64,000 nucleotides of DNA from Blastocladiella emersonii ATCC 22665 (Eukaryota > Fungi > Blastocladiomycota), in the NCBI GenBank assembly GCA_025594325.1, contig JANHCV010000012.1, positions 1,302,001 through 1,366,000 on the forward strand. The letters are read 5' to 3'. The notes under the pieces are model-generated. The model was not told where the DNA came from and made no database searches. It saw nothing but the letters and a program-made list of their open reading frames with translations. The stretch's first letter is position 1, and every line of letters begins with the position of its first letter. The position numbers were made by a program, and so were the translations under genes. Shown piece after piece: positions 57,926 to 64,000 of the stretch.

Positions 57926-58636
57926 ATGGTCCGCGTGTACTACTACGACAACACCGACGCCGACCCGCGCGAGCCGCACGTGGCCGAGGGCGAGCCTGAG
58001 CTCTCCTTTGACGACCTGGCCAAGACGGGCGTGCTGTACTGGCGGCACGACGTCTCGTCCGAGTCGGCGTACCTCGCGACGGTCGACGCCATCTGCGCCG
58101 AGCGGTCGTACAAGAACCGCGACGTGATCACGGTGAGCCCGACCAAGCTGCCCAACTACGAGGAGAAAATCAAGTCCTTCTTCGACGAGCACCTGCACGA
58201 GGACGAGGAGATCCGGTTCATCCTCGACGGGTCCGGCTACTTTGACGTGCGCGACAAGGCCGACCGGTGGATCCGTATCGCGCTGGACGCCGGCGACATG
58301 ATCGTGCTGCCCGCCGGCATCTACCACCGCTTCACCCTCGACAGCAACAACTACATCAAGGCCATGCGCCTGTTCAAGGACGACCCCAAGTGGACCCCGC
58401 TGTCGCGCAAGCTCAAGGCTACCGACAACGTGCCGTCGCGCGCAGAGTACCTCGCCGCCATCGCGTCGGCTGAGCCCGCCGAGGCTGAGATGGCCGAGGC
58501 CCCCGCCGAGACCGCCGGCGACGACGAGACGGCCGAGTCCAAGAAGCGCCCCGCCGACGAGCCCGCCACCAAGGCCGCGGCGCCGAAGAAGGCCAAGACC
58601 ACCGCGGCCGCCGCCGAGGTCAAGACGGAGGCCTGA
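57926..58636 (+). CDS. ADI1: Acireductone dioxygenase (methionine salvage) with a C-terminal extension
   Basis: FFDEHLHEDEEIRFILDGSGYFDVRD...WIRI...GDMIVLPAGIYHRFTLD...KAMRLF. Confidence 0.95.
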   Translation: MVRVYYYDNTDADPREPHVAEGEPELSFDDLAKTGVLYWRHDVSSESAYLATVDAICAERSYKNRDVITVSPTKLPNYEEKIKSFFDEHLHEDEEIRFILDGSGYFDVRDKADRWIRIALDAGDMIVLPAGIYHRFTLDSNNYIKAMRLFKDDPKWTPLSRKLKATDNVPSRAEYLAAIASAEPAEAEMAEAPAETAGDDETAESKKRPADEPATKAAAPKKAKTTAAAAEVKTEA

Positions 58637-58677
58637 ACCTCCTCTCTTTGTATTCACACACAATCTGTACACATCCA

Positions 58678-59466
58678 TTACTCTCCATCCCCGCGAATCG
58701 CCTGCACCACGCCCTCGGCACACGGCCGCGGTGCCACGACCAGCCGCGCGCGCGGCCACATCTCACGCACCCTTGCCGCCGTCGTCTCGCCAATCGCCGC
58801 AACCCTCACTTCTGGGAGAGGACCCGCGGGGAACCGCGTGCACAAGATATCCACGCCGCTCGGCGAGAAGCACACCCACCACCTCGCACTTTGGGGGAGG
58901 TCGGCCCACCACGCCTCGCGCGCGCCCGTCGCGTACGCGGGCACCTCGCGCACGCCGACGCCCGCGGCGCGCAGACGGGTCGGGACTGTCTCGAGCGACT
59001 TGTCCCCGCGCAGGACGATGAGGGATGCGGGCAGGTCCGGCGCAGCGAGGAGTTGCGTTGCCAGCGCGGCGGCGTCGCCCGCGTCGGTCCCGCGGATCGT
59101 CACGCCGGGGAGACCGGTGAGCGGGCGCGCAGTCGCGGGGCCGACAGCCCAGACGGTGATGTTGCGGGGCTCGGTGGTCTGCGCCAAGACGCGCGCGAGG
59201 GCGGCGGACGCGCGGCGCGACGTCGTCACGATGTGCACCGGCACGGCGTCGCCGGCGGGCAGCCATGACTCGGCGGGAGCGAGCACGTCCGTGGTCGCAA
59301 GCAGCGGGACGTGCACGGCGCGGAGCCCGAGGTCACGCGCGAACGCCGGCGTGTACGCGTCCTCGGCGCCGGAGACGGGTGGGTCCTTGAAGAGCACGGC
59401 GACGGGTAGGTTCCCGACGGGCTCGCTGGGCGCTCCTGGCGCTGTTGCATCGACACGGTGTTCCAT
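58678..59466 (-). CDS. HEM4: Uroporphyrinogen-III synthase
   Basis: VVLFK...DAY, IVTTSRRA, VWAVGPATA, LIVLRGDKSLETVPTRL, AYATG, WVCFSPSGV and AAIGETTA...APRPCAEGV. Confidence 0.85.
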   Translation of the reverse strand: MEHRVDATAPGAPSEPVGNLPVAVLFKDPPVSGAEDAYTPAFARDLGLRAVHVPLLATTDVLAPAESWLPAGDAVPVHIVTTSRRASAALARVLAQTTEPRNITVWAVGPATARPLTGLPGVTIRGTDAGDAAALATQLLAAPDLPASLIVLRGDKSLETVPTRLRAAGVGVREVPAYATGAREAWWADLPQSARWWVCFSPSGVDILCTRFPAGPLPEVRVAAIGETTAARVREMWPRARLVVAPRPCAEGVVQAIRGDGE

Positions 59467-59542
59467 GGTGTTCGTGTCTCGTACCAGAGCAGGAGGAGAG
59501 GAGGGTAGTGTATTCCAGTACAGTCGCGCGACCATCGGCGAT

Positions 59543-62500
59543 CTAGAGCGCGGCGTGGCACAGTGGGCACGCCGAGCACATGGCGAGCTCGGCCTCGAGC
59601 GCCGCGTGCTTGCACTGCGCGCACGTCGCGGCCGACGCCGGGTCGCCGAGGACGCGCCCGCTCGCGATGCACACCGGGTACGTCGTGTGGCACTCGCTGC
59701 ACGCGTTGTCGCTACGGTCCCAGAGAGTGTCAGTCACGGCGGCGGCGACGGTGAGGGGTGAGACAGGGAGGACGTACAGCTCGCTCATAAAGTTGCTGCA
59801 CGTCGCGCACGGCACCTGCGCCGAGCTCGCAAAGTCGGTGACGGGGTGGCTACACGTTCGCGCGCGGCGTCGTCAGTCCCGTCCGCCCTCCTCACGGCCC
59901 CAACGAACGTACTTGGTGAAGATGTGCACCGCCATGGCCTCATACGTGTTTGCCTCGTCGGCGTCGTCGCTGCCGCCCTGGAGCTTGGCCAGCGCGCGCG
60001 AGCACGCCTGGTAGTTGCGCGACTTGTACGCGAGCAGGGCGACGAGCGAGTGCACGGTACGCGTCCCGAGCACGTCGTCGTACCCGCGCAGCGCCATAGC
60101 CGTCCGCAGCGCCGACTCGGCGTCGCCCATGTAGTACTGCCGCTGCGCCAGCAGGTAGTAGTGGTACGCCTCGGCCCCGCGCCACGGCGCCGCGAGGAGC
60201 AAGCGGGTCGCCTCCTCGTCGTCGCCGCCGCCCACGGGAGATGGGGAGGTTGCGTTGGTACCGGACCCGAACTGCGCGTGGTGCCGCTCCACCTCGAGCG
60301 CCGCGAGCACAAACAGCTTCTTGACCTGGATCGGGTCGACGGTCGCCCTCGCGGCGGCCGCGCGCGCCGCGTCCATGAGGATCCGCGCCGCCTTGAGACA
60401 CTGGTTCGCGCTGCGGTACAGCGACACGAGCTGGGTCCCGTCGCCGCGTGCGCGCAGCTGCTGCTCCATGCGCGCAAACGACGCGTCGACGACGGCCGTC
60501 GTCGTTGACGTGGCGGGGTTCAGCCCATTCTCAGCCGCGGGCGCCATCGCACCCGACGACTGCGGCGCCGCGGCTGCGAGCTCGGCGGCGAGGAACCACT
60601 GGTTGAGCGACAGGCACACGGCCATGGCCTTGGCGGGCGCGCCGCGCTTGGTGAACGCGTACACGGCCTCGCGCGCCATGCCGAGCCGCGCGAGGTACTC
60701 GCCGATCCGGTCGAGCGTGCCCGTCGCCGTGACGGGGAGCGCGCGCGCGAGGGCGTCAAGCGCCGCCACGTCCTCGGCGTAAAAGTGGCACTCGGCGAGT
60801 GTGTCAAAGTCGCGCGCCTGCGCGAGGTAGCTCGCCGCGGTGCTCCACCGGTGCTGCGCCATGGCGTCGCGGCCCATGGCCGCCCAGCACGTCTCGATGA
60901 CGGCGTCGTCGGCGCCGCCGGCTTTCCCGAGCTGCACCACGCGCGCCGCGTCGCCCATGGCCACGCGTAGCTGCACCGCGAGGTCGCGCCGGTCCATGTC
61001 GACGTACATCTGCTCGGCGGCCGCCGGGTTGCCGAGGTACGCGACGACGGCTGCGCGCTGCTTCGCTGGGTCGCCCGTCCACGACGCCACCTGCTTGGTC
61101 CACGCGATCCCCGCGTAGTCGAGCGTCCGCACCATGCACGCCGTCGCCGTCGCCCACTCGGCCTGGTCGAGCGCCGCGTCCGCGAGCGGCCGCCACAGCC
61201 GCGGGTGCGGGTGCGCCTCGACAAACGACAGCGCGTCCGGTAAGCCGACCTGCGCCAGGATCGCCGCCGTGTCGCGCAGCGCGCGTGTCGGCCGCTGCGT
61301 GACGTGGCGCCGCGACACCGTCGAGCCCGCGGCGACGATGGCGTCGAGGTCCGCCATGGTCACCTCGAGGTCGTGGAACCCGACGAGGTACCCAGTGGCC
61401 GCAACGGGCTCCTCGGGCGCGAGCCCGCGCATCACGTACATGCGCGTCTTCTCCATGATCGCGTACGTGTCGCGGTCGTCGTCGGACCACGCCACGCTCC
61501 ACACGTCCTTGCGCTCGAGGTCCAGCAGCTTCGGTTTCTCGTCGGTCGCGGGGAACGACACGAGCCGGAGCACGCCCGCGAGGTCGACTACACTCGCGAC
61601 CGACCCGTCCGCGTTGGCGTGGATCCGGTACGGGCGCAGTGCGAGCGCGCACTCGGCGACGCGGGACATTGCGGGGACCGCGAACTTGACGACGGCGCCC
61701 GACGCGCGCGCCAGGAACAGCCACGCGTCGTCGGCGCTGCGCGCCATGGCGACGACCGGGTCGCTCGTCGCGGGCGCCGAGGGGGCCGTCGCGGAGAGCA
61801 CCGTCACGTCGTCGGCCGACGCCGAGTCCACGTGCAGCACCTTGACCTGCGACTCGCGCGCCCACAGCATCGCGCCGAGCGCTGACGCCGTGCCCGTCAG
61901 CTGGTACGGGAAGTAGACGAGGAACGTGCCGTCCGTCACGAGCACGAAGTTGGCCGTCATGCACGCGGCCCGTGGGGCGACCCAGCCGAGCGACCGCGTG
62001 TCGAGCGGCGTGCCCACGGCGTTGGTCACGCACACGACGAACCCGCGGTCCGTCGACTCCGCGGCGGCGGGTTGCGTGCCGGAGGGCGAGGCCGCGGACT
62101 CGGTGCGCGGCTGCTGCGACACGACCGCGACGTGCTCGCGGTTACTCGCGAGCACCGCGAGACCCGGGACGGCCTTCTCGACGCGGGCGCCGGCCTTGTA
62201 GTCCCAGTACGTGAGCGTGTCGTTGCCCGTGCGCGGCGCGTAGACGAGGGCGTTGCGGATGTGCGCGTGGACGTACTCGGGGTGCAGGTTGCAGAAGTAG
62301 ATGGCGCTGTCGACTGCGAGCGCGAGCCGCAGACCACCGGCCTCCCACGTCACGGCGCGCAGCACCTTGCCCTGCGGCACCTTGAGGTACCGGATGTACG
62401 CGCCGTGCGCCGTGTACAGCTGGACGACGACGAGCGGCTTCTCGGCGCCGTCTGCGCCCTTGACCCGCTGGTGCCCGCCCACCGCGAGCACGGTGCCCGT

Positions 62501-63507
62501 CGGGTCCCACTTGAGCACCAGGCCCTGCATGTTCGTGTCGAGGAGGACCGGTCCTACGGTGCGGGCGGGGTTAGTCACTGAATGCGGGCGCCGATCCCAC
62601 GGAAAAGCGTACGTGGGTCGCGCTCGTGGCGGTTGATCTGCAGCTTGCCGTTGTCGAGGGCGATGGCGAGGCACGGGCGGTCGGCGGCCATGTAGTTGCG
62701 CGACGCGGCGTGCCAGTCGATGGCGACGACCTTGGCGCCCTCGCCGGCGTACAGCGGGACCTTGTGCTGCTCTCACCGACGCGTCAGTTGCAGCACTCCA
62801 TCGGGACACGCGAGAGAGGTGACGTACGAGATAGTTGGCCTGCGCATCAAACAACTTGAGCGCGCCGTCGGCCGTCGCGAACAGGAGGAACGCGGCGTCG
62901 GGCGACCACGCGACATGGGTGAGCTGGCTCCCCAAATCCTTGCCGAGGATGCGGTTCCCCTCGACGCCGCCAACGATGATGTTCCCGTCCGTGTACGCGA
63001 TAGCGATCTTGTCGCCGGCGCGGCTCCACTGCAGGTCGGCGACGGTCGCCTTCGCGCGGTCGTTGACCATCTCCTCGTACCACATGCCCTTGTACAGGAC
63101 CCACACGATGATCATGCCGTTGCTGTCGGCGGTCGTCAGCTTGGTGTGGGTGTCGTTCCACGCCACCTTGACCACGGTCCCGCTGTGGCCCTCGAGCGTC
63201 TGCGACAGCGACAGGCTCGCGGGCGCCTGCGGCGCGGCGCCGCCCGACTTGCCGCCGTTGCCCGGGGCGGGAGCGGCGGGGGCGGCGGCGGCGGGAGGAG
63301 GGGCTTCCTGCAGCTTCAGCACCTTGAGCAGCGCCTGCTCGCCGCCGCAGCACACCCAGCCGGGCGAGTTCTCCCACCCGAGAGCGTGCAGCTGCGTGTC
63401 ATTGGGGATCGAGATCTATCAAAGCGAGGCTCGGGGTGGTGAGCGCGGGCTCGTTTTTCGGAGGAGCGCGGTGACCGACCGACCTTCTTGGACAGGTAGA
63501 TAAACAT
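59543..63507 (-). CDS. WDR35: Intraflagellar transport complex A protein IFT121/WDR35, multi-exon
   Basis: MFIYLSKK/ISIPN, LEGH, KLTTADSNGMIIVW...WYEEMVNDR, HPHPRLW, WRGAEAYHYYLLAQRQ and a C-terminal CIASGR...CKH...CPLCH. Confidence 0.95.
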
Positions 63508-63811
63508 GCTTGCGGCTTCTCTCGCGTCTCCATCAGCTGCATTGGTGGCGGGAAAGCAGGTGAGAGACGCGACAGCTGCAGGAGTGCGAAACGCGTCGCG
63601 ACGCGCGTGCGGCTCAGCGCGCGTGACCGGTCGATCGAGTCAGGCGAGTCCGCGTGACCGACTGCGCTTTTCGCCGCCCTTCGTGGCGCTGGTCATCGCG
63701 CGGCTACTCGTTTCTATCACCGCCCTCGTACACGGCACACGATCGCCGCTGCTAGGCTCCACGCCACTCTACGCAAACGAACGAAGCAAACGCATCGAGT
63801 CCCACGCCAAA
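63508..63811. promoter_or_regulatory. Short bidirectional promoter between WDR35 and TMA46
   Basis: Head-to-head ATGs are 304 bp apart, and the region is CGCG-rich. Confidence 0.5.
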
Positions 63812-64000
63812 ATGCCGCCCAAGAAGAACGACAAGAAGGCGCAGCAGGCCAAGCAGGCCAAGGTGGTCGAGGACAAGACGTTCGGGCTCAAGAACAAGAA
63901 CAAGTCGGCCAAGGTGCAAAAGTACGTCGAGGAGGTCAAGAAGCAGGCGAGCAACGCGACGCAGCAGAAGCGCGGCGGGCCGCCCGAGCCGGCGGGGCCG
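63812..64000 (+). CDS. TMA46: CCCH zinc-finger translation machinery-associated protein (TMA46/ZC3H15), 5' part only
   Basis: MPPKKNDKK...KVVEDKTFGLKNKNKSAKVQKYVEEVK. Confidence 0.9.
   Translation, partial: MPPKKNDKKAQQAKQAKVVEDKTFGLKNKNKSAKVQKYVEEVKKQASNATQQKRGGPPEPAGP

Noticed and set aside
1-64000. tRNA, rRNA or CRISPR arrays
   Set aside because: None recognised. The sequence is eukaryotic and has no regularly spaced repeat-spacer structure.

Overview
This is a gene-dense, GC-rich eukaryotic window. It has short (about 55-75 nt) spliceosomal introns with GTACGC/GTGCGC/GTGAGC donors, CTAAC/CTCAC/CTGAC branch points and YAG acceptors. Typical fungal genes (GPH1, HIS1, CLA4-type PAK, GUP1, PUT1, HEM4) sit alongside flagellar genes (WDR35/IFT121, KIF6-like kinesin-9). 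That mix points to a zoosporic fungus, plausibly Blastocladiomycota (inference). Conserved housekeeping blocks alternate with visibly less GC-rich accessory islands (about 5.8-12.6, 14.6-18.8, 22.1-24.1 and 42.5-47.4 kb). These islands hold an F-box-like/ankyrin gene, three ANK-like+LRR paralogs with lesions, four copies of an unknown 2-TM gene family in two oppositely oriented clusters, repeated E-box-containing promoter modules and a MITE-like fold-back with a 4-bp flanking direct repeat. The most notable system is a tandem pair of TM-CHASE-TM-PAS-HisKA-HATPase-REC hybrid kinases (47.4-55.6 kb). Both have lost the phospho-His and the ATP-binding boxes but keep an intact, conserved receiver domain. 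All domain calls come from motif recognition by eye; no database searches were run. Exon boundaries and some start codons are approximate.
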